Of a DNA stretch of 64,000 nucleotides, positions 1 to 8,770 are shown piece by piece (the stretch's first letter is position 1; the number at the start of each line of letters is the position of its first letter). The stretch is taken from positions 45,329-109,328 of the forward strand of contig JAHFTJ010000001.1 in the NCBI GenBank assembly GCA_023269435.1, in the 5' to 3' direction. The notes under the pieces are model-generated. The model did no database searches and was not told the DNA's origin. It worked only from the letters and a program-made list of their open reading frames with translations. Position numbers and translations under genes: made by a program. The DNA comes from Chlamydiota bacterium (GTDB lineage: Bacteria; Chlamydiota; Chlamydiia; Chlamydiales; 2-12-FULL-49-11).

Positions 1-1018
1 AATAATCTAATGCTTTTATGGAGCCAAAGGAAAAACATACCATTCTAAATGTTGGAAATATCAAAGAAAGTAATGAATTAATTCCTAAAACACACGGAAT
101 TAAAAAATGCGATGAATACAAACCAATTAATTGTAATAACAGAAAACTACCTAAGAATTGCAAAAAAATATTTATAATGTTTACAAAACCAAAAAAACGA
201 CCTAAAAATTGAGTCCTAATATCTTGATCAGAAAACACCTGTTCAACATACGAGCAAAATTGATAATCTAAAATAGTAGATGTAATTTGCATTCCAACAA
301 CTATTATTAAAATAAATAATAGAAATTTAGAATTGCGTATGAGGTTTATACCTTCAAATACACCTTTACTACCATTAATCATAGTAGATATGTTTTGTCT
401 ACTCTCTATTTTTTCTCGTACATGTAGAGATAAGCAATAACATATTGTTGTTATCAAATAAAAAGGTATTGTTGTTAATAATAATTTTTCTGAACCAATC
501 AAAATAGCTAAAAATCCAGGTATCATGCTCCCAGCTACAGATCCACAACCGCCTATTCCAAAAAATATTCCATAAAGATATTTTGCTCTAGATCTACTAA
601 TTGTCGCATTGATAACTGACCAAAGTTGCTGAAATAACAAAATAATAAATATGTCTTTCCAAATATATAATAAAAAAGGCAATATCTTGCTGCTTTCTAA
701 GTGAAATACTGAAAATGTATTTATTACAATTGCAGCTGTTATTATTGCACAAAATGTCTTTGCGCAACCAAACGATGACAAAAATTTGTTATAAATAACA
801 ACTATTACAAAATTAATAGGAACGCTCGCCAACCACACATGCGGAAATGATTTAGCAGTATATGCAGATAGAAACACCGAATTTGCTATCGCTCTAGTTA
901 TAGCAGCTTCAGATGAAATTGAAAAACAGCAAATAAAGATAAAAAATATAAAAAATTTTTCGTATTTAGAGTAACTCTTGTATTCCTTGATCAGTTTTTT
1001 GTAAAAATTTTTTAACAT
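1..1018 (-). CDS. NTT/TLC-like MFS-type transporter, N-terminal part (ORF runs off the left edge of the window)
   Basis: Absent from the ORF track because it has no stop in the window. My manual reverse-strand translation from the ATG at 1018-1016 stays open to position 1: MLKNFYKKLIKEYKSYSKYEKFFIFFIFICCFSISSEAAITRAIANSVFLSAYTAKSFPHVWLASVPINF...LYIWKDIFIILLFQQLWSVINATISRSRAKYLYGIFFGIGGCGSVAGS...FSFGSIKALDY. It is multi-TM and laid out like the N-terminal half of nucleotide-transporter-type proteins (compare 39338-40861). It overlaps the 3' end of the HD gene by about 50 nt. Confidence 0.5.
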   Translation of the reverse strand, partial: MLKNFYKKLIKEYKSYSKYEKFFIFFIFICCFSISSEAAITRAIANSVFLSAYTAKSFPHVWLASVPINFVIVVIYNKFLSSFGCAKTFCAIITAAIVINTFSVFHLESSKILPFLLYIWKDIFIILLFQQLWSVINATISRSRAKYLYGIFFGIGGCGSVAGSMIPGFLAILIGSEKLLLTTIPFYLITTICYCLSLHVREKIESRQNISTMINGSKGVFEGINLIRNSKFLLFILIIVVGMQITSTILDYQFCSYVEQVFSDQDIRTQFLGRFFGFVNIINIFLQFLGSFLLLQLIGLYSSHFLIPCVLGINSLLSLIFPTFRMVCFSFGSIKALDY

Positions 1019-2177
1019 ATATAGATGCATTAGGAGATATATATACACAATTTTTATAATTAACTGGTATCTTCACTTCTGCAATTTTTTCAGCCTGTTC
1101 GACTATACCACTTTTCAATAAAACAGGGAAAGATAATGTATTATTATTTTGTGAAGATTGACATTTTTCAAAAAATATTTCATTATTAAAATGTTTTAGC
1201 TCTCCTAAAAGAATGTCGCCCTCTTTTTGCGTAATAGTGTGAACAGAGTATCTTTTTTGTTGATCCATGAGCGACATAGCGTCGTCATGGCCTTTGTGAT
1301 TTTTATCAAAAAGAGCTTTGTTCATTTCAGATAACACATCGTAGTCGTTTACACTTATGTAATTATCAATTGAATCTAAATAATTTTTATTTTTAAAGAA
1401 AAATTTAATAAATCTGTTCAAATGAAACGAATACGATTTTACACTTGGATTTTGATATAATCTTTTGTGCATAAAATATCTAGCTAATAAAAGTGAATAG
1501 CAAGACTCAAGCCCATCTTCGGTGAGTCCTAGACAAATTGCATTTTGAAATGATATCAATCTCAAGCAGTCTATTAATTGACAGTAATCAAACGATCCAT
1601 ATGACAATCCAGTAAAATAAGAATCTCTAAGTAGATAATCAATTCTATCGGCACCAAAATAATCGCCAGTCAACATCTCTGTCACTATTTTTTCCCAATT
1701 TGTAAAAGTCGATCCGTATATCTCTTCTCCTACAGCTATCTTAACAATGTCTTCTACGTTTAATCTCTCTAATTTCCAAATATCAAACAAGTAATCACTT
1801 CGTATAATTCGCATAGTCCACTCTTCATGCCCATTCTTACCTAACACATCTTCCTCAGCAACATGAGAAAATGGCAAATGCCCTAAATCGTGACAAAGGG
1901 CAGCTACCCTTAAAACTTTTCTCCAATATGTTACTGCCTCTTTGTCCAATTGCAAATTTTTTTCAACCACTGCATCAAAAATTTGAGTCGCTATATGAAA
2001 TGTACCAAGTGAGTGATCAAACCTTTTGTGATTTCCACCTGTATAAACAAATGAAGCTGTACCTATTTGATGTATCGCTTGCAACCTTTTAAATGGCAAT
2101 TTCTTTATTAACTTAAACTCATACTCATTTAATGAAATAAAACCGTAAATAGGATCAAATATCTTTTTGTTATTCAT
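966..2177 (-). CDS. HD-domain phosphohydrolase (COG1078 / SAMHD1-like dNTP triphosphohydrolase family)
   Basis: 403 aa. Motifs: N-terminal IFDPIYGFI, RLQAIHQIG, NHKRFDHSLG (H..HD) and ALCHDLGHLPFSHVAEE, then DRIDYLLRDSYFTG. Confidence 0.8.
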   Translation of the reverse strand: MNNKKIFDPIYGFISLNEYEFKLIKKLPFKRLQAIHQIGTASFVYTGGNHKRFDHSLGTFHIATQIFDAVVEKNLQLDKEAVTYWRKVLRVAALCHDLGHLPFSHVAEEDVLGKNGHEEWTMRIIRSDYLFDIWKLERLNVEDIVKIAVGEEIYGSTFTNWEKIVTEMLTGDYFGADRIDYLLRDSYFTGLSYGSFDYCQLIDCLRLISFQNAICLGLTEDGLESCYSLLLARYFMHKRLYQNPSVKSYSFHLNRFIKFFFKNKNYLDSIDNYISVNDYDVLSEMNKALFDKNHKGHDDAMSLMDQQKRYSVHTITQKEGDILLGELKHFNNEIFFEKCQSSQNNNTLSFPVLLKSGIVEQAEKIAEVKIPVNYKNCVYISPNASIYVKKFLQKTDQGIQELL

Positions 2178-2180
2178 AGA

Positions 2181-2939
2181 TCATTTAATTTGAATAATAT
2201 TTTCATCAACACAAAAAACCTTCATAAACGCATCATTCTTAACTGTAATCTCCCATCCATGATAAGGATCCCGTAATCTAACTCCATTATTAATTACGGC
2301 ATCAACAATAATAACATGTCCACCTCTTGTATTTTTATTATCTCCAATCGTAACAATACATGAACCATTCTTATTAAGAAGAATTTCCAGCTCTTCTAAA
2401 TTTTTTACCTTATTAATGATTGGATGTAATCCAACTGACGTAAAATCCTTTATATGTCCATTTTCATCTGTTGGTCCTCTATGTCTTAATGTATTTATAT
2501 TAAATTCTTTTTTATGATCCGTTAAAATCATAGCTGAAGTAGCATACGTACATCCAAATTTGGATTGTTGAAGAATAATAGATCTATTGTGTACAGAAAA
2601 ATAAACATTAACACCTTCTATTTCATTTTTTCTAACATTTAATTTTTCAATAATATCACTATCTTCAAATATTACAAATCCTTTATTTTTGTAAGCTAAC
2701 TTGCCCATGTAAATTCTGTCGATAGGTGGGTTGTCCCTTTCTTGGACTATATCATATTTGTATTTATTATTAGATGATAAAAAAAAATTTAGTACAGTAG
2801 TAAAGAAAAATATAGATAAAACACCTAGCGCTACAAAGGTTATTAATTTTATTCTCTCAAAAGAATTACTTTCTCTAAATTTTTCTTTTACAAGATTAAA
2901 AGCTGTAAGAGGTTGTTTTATATTGCTAACTGTATTCAT
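2181..2939 (-). CDS. Membrane-anchored papain-like (C39-like fold) cysteine peptidase domain protein
   Basis: 252 aa. One N-terminal TM helix (ITFVALGVLSIFFFTTVLNFFL). The C-terminal domain has an ordered Gln/Cys...His...Asp pattern: QQSKFGCTYATSAMIL, GGHVIIVDAV, RDPYHGW. Its stop lies 3 nt upstream of the HD gene start. Confidence 0.5.
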   Translation of the reverse strand: MNTVSNIKQPLTAFNLVKEKFRESNSFERIKLITFVALGVLSIFFFTTVLNFFLSSNNKYKYDIVQERDNPPIDRIYMGKLAYKNKGFVIFEDSDIIEKLNVRKNEIEGVNVYFSVHNRSIILQQSKFGCTYATSAMILTDHKKEFNINTLRHRGPTDENGHIKDFTSVGLHPIINKVKNLEELEILLNKNGSCIVTIGDNKNTRGGHVIIVDAVINNGVRLRDPYHGWEITVKNDAFMKVFCVDENIIQIK

Positions 2940-3048
2940 TAATATAATTATACAAAAAACAACTTAATTAAACAATTAAATATGATTTTCATAATTATTT
3001 GATGAGATTGGTGGGATTCTGATAAATTTTATTTTTAAAGATAGATTG

Positions 3049-3121
3049 TAGCGGCTACCGGACTTGAACCAGTGACCTGTGGATTATGATTCCATTGCTC
3101 TGCCAACTGAGCTAAGCCGCC
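3049..3121 (-). tRNA. tRNA with CAU anticodon (elongator Met or lysidine-type Ile2)
   Basis: Reverse strand reads GGCGGCTTAGCTCAGTTGGCAGAGCAATGGAATCATAATCCACAGGTCACTGGTTCAAGTCCGGTAGCCGCTA. It folds as a cloverleaf by hand, with anticodon loop ATCATAA. No encoded CCA. Confidence 0.85.
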
Positions 3122-3144
3122 TATATGGTAGTCGTGTAAAAAAT

Positions 3145-3217
3145 TAGCGGGAGACGGACTCGAACCGCCGACCTTTGGGTTATGAGCCCAACGAGCTTCC
3201 AACTGCTCCACCCCGCG
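3145..3217 (-). tRNA. Initiator tRNA-fMet (CAU)
   Basis: Reverse strand reads CGCGGGGTGGAGCAGTTGGAAGCTCGTTGGGCTCATAACCCAAAGGTCGGCGGTTCGAGTCCGTCTCCCGCTA. It has an unpaired 1:72 position and three G-C pairs closing the anticodon stem (GGGCTCATAACCC), and closely resembles E. coli tRNA-fMet. Confidence 0.9.
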
Positions 3218-3249
3218 ATAAATTAATACTCGATATTATATAGAATGTT

Positions 3250-4488
3250 CTATTTTATTGCAAGGATAGTTTTTATTAAATTCCAAGATTTATTAGTTGC
3301 TCCTTGCGCGTTATTTTGTAATTTAAAAAAATCATAATCATCTTTGCAACATTTTAGATGTTTTAAGAGCGCTTTCTTTAAGTTTTTTAACTCTACTTGT
3401 TGCCCAACATTATAGTTTTGCATCAATTGCACAAGATCATCTTGTTTCTCCATATATGGGCCATAAAGAACTGGGATATTGTATGTTATTGGTTCGTAAA
3501 TGTTATGCCCACCAATATTTTTAACAAAACTTCCACCAACAATAGCAATGTGTGATAAACTGTAACATCTATTTAAAATTCCTATCTTATTAATCAGTAT
3601 CACTTGTTCAACTCCATCTATCTGTTGATCTATAGTTTTGAATTTTATATTTTTATTAATCAATAATTTTGCAACTTTAGAAAATCGTTCAGGGTGTCTT
3701 GGAGCTATAAGAAACAACATATTATCATCTACATTTATTAATTCTGACAATAATATATCTTCTTCTCCCTCATGCGTAGAAGCTATAGTAATAATAATTT
3801 TTTTTTCTGGAAAAGATAAGTTATCATTTAAAGTTACAATTGACCGTGAATCTAATTTAATATTTCCAGTTACTACAATTTTTTCTTTCGATATAGAGAG
3901 TTTCAGAAAACGATTTTTATACTCTTCACTTTGCAGACAAAATAGATCAATACAATTAAATAGCTTTGTAGAAAATCTAAAAAAATATAAGAATTTTTTT
4001 TGCGAAGATATTGATATTTTTCCATTTATCAAAACTATTTTTTTTCCATTTCGTTTAATTTCCTTCAATAAATTAAACCAAAAATCTGTCTCAACTAGTA
4101 TAAAAAGATCTGGAGAAATAATTTTTACCAATCTACGCATTGTAAATGCTAAATCAAATGGCAATATAAATGGGTGGTCTATCAGTGGATTTTTTTGAGA
4201 CTCCATATATCCAGTCTCTGTAACAGATGAAAGAAAAATTTCGGCATTCGGCAGATCTAACTTAATTTTTTTTATTAATTCAGTTACAGCCTTTGTTTCA
4301 CCAACAGAGACTGCGTGTATCCATATTTTAAACTTTTTCTCAATTTTATTTGAAAATTTAGGTGTCAATATGCCTAAGCGCAACAATATATTCCCTTTAT
4401 ATTTTTTTTTAAAAATACGATTATATATTGCAATAGGAGAAATTATAATAATCCATATTATTAATAATATGTTATATATAATGTTCAT
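3250..4488 (-). CDS. waaA: 3-deoxy-D-manno-octulosonic acid (Kdo) transferase
   Basis: 412 aa. N-terminal TM helix, WIHAVSVGETKAV motif and a GT-B C-terminal half (GGSFV..GGHNIYEP). Its start codon directly abuts the leuS stop, as in the Chlamydia gseA-leuS arrangement. Confidence 0.9.
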   Translation of the reverse strand: MNIIYNILLIIWIIIISPIAIYNRIFKKKYKGNILLRLGILTPKFSNKIEKKFKIWIHAVSVGETKAVTELIKKIKLDLPNAEIFLSSVTETGYMESQKNPLIDHPFILPFDLAFTMRRLVKIISPDLFILVETDFWFNLLKEIKRNGKKIVLINGKISISSQKKFLYFFRFSTKLFNCIDLFCLQSEEYKNRFLKLSISKEKIVVTGNIKLDSRSIVTLNDNLSFPEKKIIITIASTHEGEEDILLSELINVDDNMLFLIAPRHPERFSKVAKLLINKNIKFKTIDQQIDGVEQVILINKIGILNRCYSLSHIAIVGGSFVKNIGGHNIYEPITYNIPVLYGPYMEKQDDLVQLMQNYNVGQQVELKNLKKALLKHLKCCKDDYDFFKLQNNAQGATNKSWNLIKTILAIK

Positions 4489-6969
4489 TTATATTACTAA
4501 ATTAAGCAGCTTGTCTTGTACAAATATTATTTTTTTTATTCCGCCAGAAATATATTTTGTAATTTTTGGGTCTTTTTTTGCAAAATCCAAAACTTCTTGC
4601 TCAGTAGTTCCTTTCAAAAATTGACCTTTACTTCTTAATTTTCCCATAACTTGAAAAATAACAGTTACGCTATCTGTTGCAAAAGATTTATCATCATAGA
4701 TTGGAAACGGATAGTAAGCAATTGAACCTGTTCCACCAAGTAATTCCCAACACTCTTCTCCAAAATGCGGAGCAAATGGATAAATTAGTTGTATAAATTT
4801 TTTAAGAGATTCTATTGAGTAATTATCAATTAATGAAAAATCATTTAAAAATTCCATCATTTTGGCAATAGCGGTATTAAAAGATAAAGACTCTAAATCA
4901 CTTTCAACGTCTTTTATTAATTTATTAATTAAACTCCAACCATTGTCAGTATCTAATTCATTTATTTTATTTGAAATAACAAGTTCGTAGACTCTATTTA
5001 AAAATCTTTTACATCCACTTACAGACTCTGTTGACCAAATTTTTTCTTTGTCAAACGGCGCCATAAAAAGTACGTATAAACGTAATGAATCTGCTCCATA
5101 TTCTTCTATTATTTCATCTGGTGATACACCATTTAATTTAGATTTAGACATTTTCTCTATTAAAGAGATCACCTCAAGCCCCGTAGATTTTTGTATTAAT
5201 CTACCACCATCTTCTTCAATGTCATTTTCATGTACATACCCTCCCCCCTGAAGTTTATATGAACGGCTTGTTATCAATCCTTGGTTTCTCAATAACAAAA
5301 ATGGCTCTTTTGTTGATACATAACCAATATCGTATAAAACTTTATGCCAAAATCTAGCGTAGAGTAAATGGAGAACTGCATGCTCTACCCCACCTATATA
5401 TAGATCAACCGGCATCCAATACTTTTCGCTATTTGAACTCCAAGCATTATCTTCATTATGTGGATCACAAAAACGTAAATAATACCAACAAGATCCAGCC
5501 CACTGCGGCATTGTGTTAGTCTCTCTAAATGCTTTTTTACCTGTTTTTTGATCTATAATTTCAACCCAGTTATTAACTTTTTTTAACGGACTCTCTCCAT
5601 CTGGAGATGGTTTGTAATCTTCAATCATAGGAGGCGTTAATGGTAATTCATCAAGTTCCAACAATCTAATACTTCCATCTTCAAAACGTAATAATGGAAA
5701 TGGTTCACCCCAATAACGTTGACGAGAAAACAGCCAATCACGAAGCTTATAATTAGTTTTTTTCTCGCCACAACCTATTTTTTCCAAAAAAATTGCAACA
5801 TTCTCTTTAGCTTCATCAATTGTGCAATTACTTAAATCAACTTTGTCGTTTGTGCTATTAATGTAATTTCCTTGTTCATCTATAACAACCTTTATTGGAA
5901 TATTGTATATTTTACTAAATTCCAAATCTCGTTCGTCATGCGCTGGGACGGCCATTAACGCACCAGTTCCATATGTTGTTAATACATAATCTGCTACCCA
6001 AATTGGTAGTTTTTCATCATTTATTGGATTTATTAAATATGCCCCTGTAGCTACACCTGTTTTTATCTTACATAGGTCAGTCCGATCTAAATCGCTTTTA
6101 GAAATACATTGTCTTTGATAATTCTCTACTGCTTTTCGACACTGTTTCTTTGTAATTTTCATTAATAAATGATGTTCCGGAGATAATACTACATATGTAG
6201 CACCAAATAAAGTGTCAGGTCTTGTAGTATAACAAACTATCTCCTCGTCACTATCTTCTACTTTAAATTTAACATTAACACCTTGACTTTTTCCTATCCA
6301 ATTCCTTTGAAGTTTTTTTAAATGTTCTGGCCAATCTATTAAATCTAAATCGTCTAATAAATTTTGTGCATACTCCGTTATTTTTAGCATCCATTGACGG
6401 AGCGGCTTGCGTTCTATTGGAAATCCACCTTCAATTGATTTGCCATCCTCAACTTCTTCGTTAGCAAGTACAGTTCCAAGTTTTGGACAAAAATTCACAA
6501 CAACCTCTGCCTGATAAGCTAGTCCTTTTTCATACAGTTTTGTAAATATCCATTGCGTCCATTTATAATATTTTGCATCACTTGTTGCAAATTCACGAGA
6601 CCAATCGTAACTAAATCCTAATGATTTTAATTGTTCACGATAAGTGTTAATATTAATTTCTGTTGTTATTTGAGGGTGAGTTCCATTTCTTATAGCATAT
6701 TGCTCTGCAGGAAGACCAAAACTATCCCAACCCATTGGATGTAAAACATTAAATCCCTTCTGTCTTTTATAACGAGATATTACATCAGAGCCTGTGTAGC
6801 CAACAACATGACCAACATGTAACCCTGAGCCTGAAGGGTATGGAAACATATCTAATACATAATATTTTTGTTTATCAAAATCTATAGAACATTGAAATGT
6901 CTTATTATCTTCCCAAAATTTTTGCCATTTTTTTTCTATTTCAACATGATTATATTTTTTATATTTCAT
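4489..6969 (-). CDS. leuS: Leucyl-tRNA synthetase
   Basis: Class I HIGH (HVGHVVGY) and KMSKS (KMSKSKLNG) motifs with the full LeuS architecture. I prefer the ATG at 6969 (MKYKKYNHVEIEKKWQKFW) over the track's GTG at 6990. Confidence 0.97.
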   Translation of the reverse strand: MKYKKYNHVEIEKKWQKFWEDNKTFQCSIDFDKQKYYVLDMFPYPSGSGLHVGHVVGYTGSDVISRYKRQKGFNVLHPMGWDSFGLPAEQYAIRNGTHPQITTEININTYREQLKSLGFSYDWSREFATSDAKYYKWTQWIFTKLYEKGLAYQAEVVVNFCPKLGTVLANEEVEDGKSIEGGFPIERKPLRQWMLKITEYAQNLLDDLDLIDWPEHLKKLQRNWIGKSQGVNVKFKVEDSDEEIVCYTTRPDTLFGATYVVLSPEHHLLMKITKKQCRKAVENYQRQCISKSDLDRTDLCKIKTGVATGAYLINPINDEKLPIWVADYVLTTYGTGALMAVPAHDERDLEFSKIYNIPIKVVIDEQGNYINSTNDKVDLSNCTIDEAKENVAIFLEKIGCGEKKTNYKLRDWLFSRQRYWGEPFPLLRFEDGSIRLLELDELPLTPPMIEDYKPSPDGESPLKKVNNWVEIIDQKTGKKAFRETNTMPQWAGSCWYYLRFCDPHNEDNAWSSNSEKYWMPVDLYIGGVEHAVLHLLYARFWHKVLYDIGYVSTKEPFLLLRNQGLITSRSYKLQGGGYVHENDIEEDGGRLIQKSTGLEVISLIEKMSKSKLNGVSPDEIIEEYGADSLRLYVLFMAPFDKEKIWSTESVSGCKRFLNRVYELVISNKINELDTDNGWSLINKLIKDVESDLESLSFNTAIAKMMEFLNDFSLIDNYSIESLKKFIQLIYPFAPHFGEECWELLGGTGSIAYYPFPIYDDKSFATDSVTVIFQVMGKLRSKGQFLKGTTEQEVLDFAKKDPKITKYISGGIKKIIFVQDKLLNLVI

Positions 6970-7064
6970 TGTTCGCCTTGCTAAAAGCACATAAAAATTA
7001 ATCTTTACACAGTCTAAATACGTAAGTTATTTCTTTACGAGCTCTAATCTATAAAATTGTTGAA

Positions 7065-7238
7065 TATATACACAAAAAAACTCAAAAGTTGGCTTTTGAC
7101 TTCGCTGGCATCCTCATCTTTTAAGTCGTCTGCATCGCTCAACTTATTCAAGTTGAGCTGCTTCGACGTCGCTACGCTACTTCAAATATGTGGTGCCGGC
7201 TTTGTCAAATTCCCAACTTTGAATTCATTTGTGTATAT
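7065..7238 (+). repeat. GC-rich palindromic repeat element (MITE/RPE-like), copy A
   Basis: 174 bp. Termini are TATATACACAAA...TTTGTGTATAT, with subterminal CAAAAGTTGG / CCAACTTTG. A central perfect 9-bp hairpin, GCTCAACTT-ATTC-AAGTTGAGC, sits at 7137-7158. The two halves are imperfect inverted repeats of each other. By manual alignment, copy A matches the reverse complement of 27798-27972 with 3 substitutions and 1 single-base indel. Confidence 0.9.
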
Positions 7239-7315
7239 TATATTCCATTTATCCAACAAATTGCAATGAATAAAACCTTGTGTATAAAAATACTATTTAG
7301 TTATAATATTGAATT

Positions 7316-8770
7316 ATGACTAAAAATACATCTTGTGAATTATTTAATCTCTCATTGAGAAAAAATCATATAAATTTATCTGATTATGATTATGAAGCAG
7401 ATATAGTAAATAGATGTCTCCTAAGAGAGATAAATTCAACTGAATTAGCAGTATTAGAAGAAATATTATATAGTTCAATCAAGATTAGCATTAAAGAATT
7501 ATCTTCAAACTTGGATATCTCAATTGATTTATTATCTAATATTTTAGAAAAATTTTTACCAACATCTCTTTTTACATTAAATGATTATATTTTACATATA
7601 AACAAAGATAAACGTAAATATTTTGAAACTCAACTATCAAAATTTAAAGATGATTTCATCCCTGGAATGGATTTTTTGCAAAGTTTATTGAAGCATGTAA
7701 ATATACAACACCTCCCTTTTTGGTATCAAATACCACGTTCGTCAAACAATATTTTCAATTCATTAATAGAAAAATACTTACAAACTCCACAAATATATCA
7801 AAGATATTTTATAGAATTTACATCTGAAAATGATATAATAACTGAAATTGTCAAAGAAATTTACAAGACAAATGAGTTGTGCATCTCAGCAAAAGAGATT
7901 CAAGATAAATTTTCTTTAAGTAAAGAATCGTTTGAAGAAATCGCTATTTATCTCGAATATAGCTTAATAGCCGTTGTGTATTATAAATACATTGACGGTT
8001 CTTTTGAGGAAATGATATCCCCATTCCAAGAATGGCGTGATTATTTAATGTTAATAAGTGAAACAATAGCTACACCTTCTATACAACAACAAAATGAAGT
8101 TGTCGCCTACAGTAGTAAAGAGTATGCATTTATAGATGGCATGACATGTATATTAAATTTATGCGAGCAAGAAAATATATCAGTTACATTTGATTTACAT
8201 TCCGATGGATGGATCGCTGACGAACAATCACTAAATATTATAACAAAATCAATACAAACATCAAAAGATAGTGTAGTTTATATAAATAAAATGATTAATA
8301 AACTTATAACAATTGGTATTGTAGTAATAGAAGAAGCGTCGCTGAAAGCTACGCAAATATCTATTGAATGGTTGAACAAGTCTATAGAAAATAGGGCTCA
8401 CATCATATTTAGACATCAACATAATTTCTTATCGATAGAAAAACATTATCCATTAAGTACAAAAAGAACTGTAATGGAAATAGAAAAAAGCATGCATAGT
8501 GTAGTTGGTTTAGAATGGGTCTACTTCGATGATTTTATTAAAAATTCTTCAATAATACTGAATGATTCAGACAAAATATCGCTAAGGCGTTGTGGTAAAT
8601 TATTTGCATATATGGCGCCACAGCATGACGATTTACAAAAACAATTCATAAAATACACCGTTCTTGAGTGGTTTTTCGAATCTGGGATAGTACAAATAGG
8701 GACTCATAATGATAAACAATGTTTTAAATTAACGTCGTTAGGATCTAATTTATTTAAATCTACTAAATAA
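7316..8770 (+). CDS. Hypothetical protein (484 aa, no motif recognised)
   Basis: Long uninterrupted ORF on the expected strand. Soluble and predicted helical, with no recognisable catalytic motif. Its 3' end overlaps the convergent SET gene by 8 nt. Confidence 0.6.
   Translation: MTKNTSCELFNLSLRKNHINLSDYDYEADIVNRCLLREINSTELAVLEEILYSSIKISIKELSSNLDISIDLLSNILEKFLPTSLFTLNDYILHINKDKRKYFETQLSKFKDDFIPGMDFLQSLLKHVNIQHLPFWYQIPRSSNNIFNSLIEKYLQTPQIYQRYFIEFTSENDIITEIVKEIYKTNELCISAKEIQDKFSLSKESFEEIAIYLEYSLIAVVYYKYIDGSFEEMISPFQEWRDYLMLISETIATPSIQQQNEVVAYSSKEYAFIDGMTCILNLCEQENISVTFDLHSDGWIADEQSLNIITKSIQTSKDSVVYINKMINKLITIGIVVIEEASLKATQISIEWLNKSIENRAHIIFRHQHNFLSIEKHYPLSTKRTVMEIEKSMHSVVGLEWVYFDDFIKNSSIILNDSDKISLRRCGKLFAYMAPQHDDLQKQFIKYTVLEWFFESGIVQIGTHNDKQCFKLTSLGSNLFKSTK

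Noticed and set aside
18-212. 64-aa + strand ORF at the left edge
   Set aside because: It lies antisense to the well-supported transporter-like ORF (1-1018, - strand). Its Lys/Asn-rich composition is what antisense reading of AT-rich coding DNA produces.
3638-4198. Long antisense or alternative-frame ORFs inside real genes: 3638-4198, 10264-10872, 12111-12434, 1871-2092, 2731-2967, 37856-38182, 40534-40836, 44099-44476 and others
   Set aside because: Each lies fully within a longer ORF that has clear family motifs on the other strand or frame. Their translations are low-complexity (Ile/Phe/Asn/Ser-rich) with no motifs. They are artefacts of stop-poor frames in AT-rich DNA.
7137-7158. The central hairpin GCTCAAC...GTTGAGC matches the integron attC R''/R' consensus (RYYYAAC / GTTRRRY)
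   Set aside because: The two motifs are only 8 nt apart, far shorter than any attC site. No intI gene and no cassette array are present. This is a coincidental match.
7057-7269. 70-aa ORF spanning repeat element copy A
   Set aside because: The reading frame is simply open through the palindromic element. Copy B carries a 1-nt indel that would break it, and there is no SD site. I treat it as a property of the repeat (noted in the finding), not as a gene.
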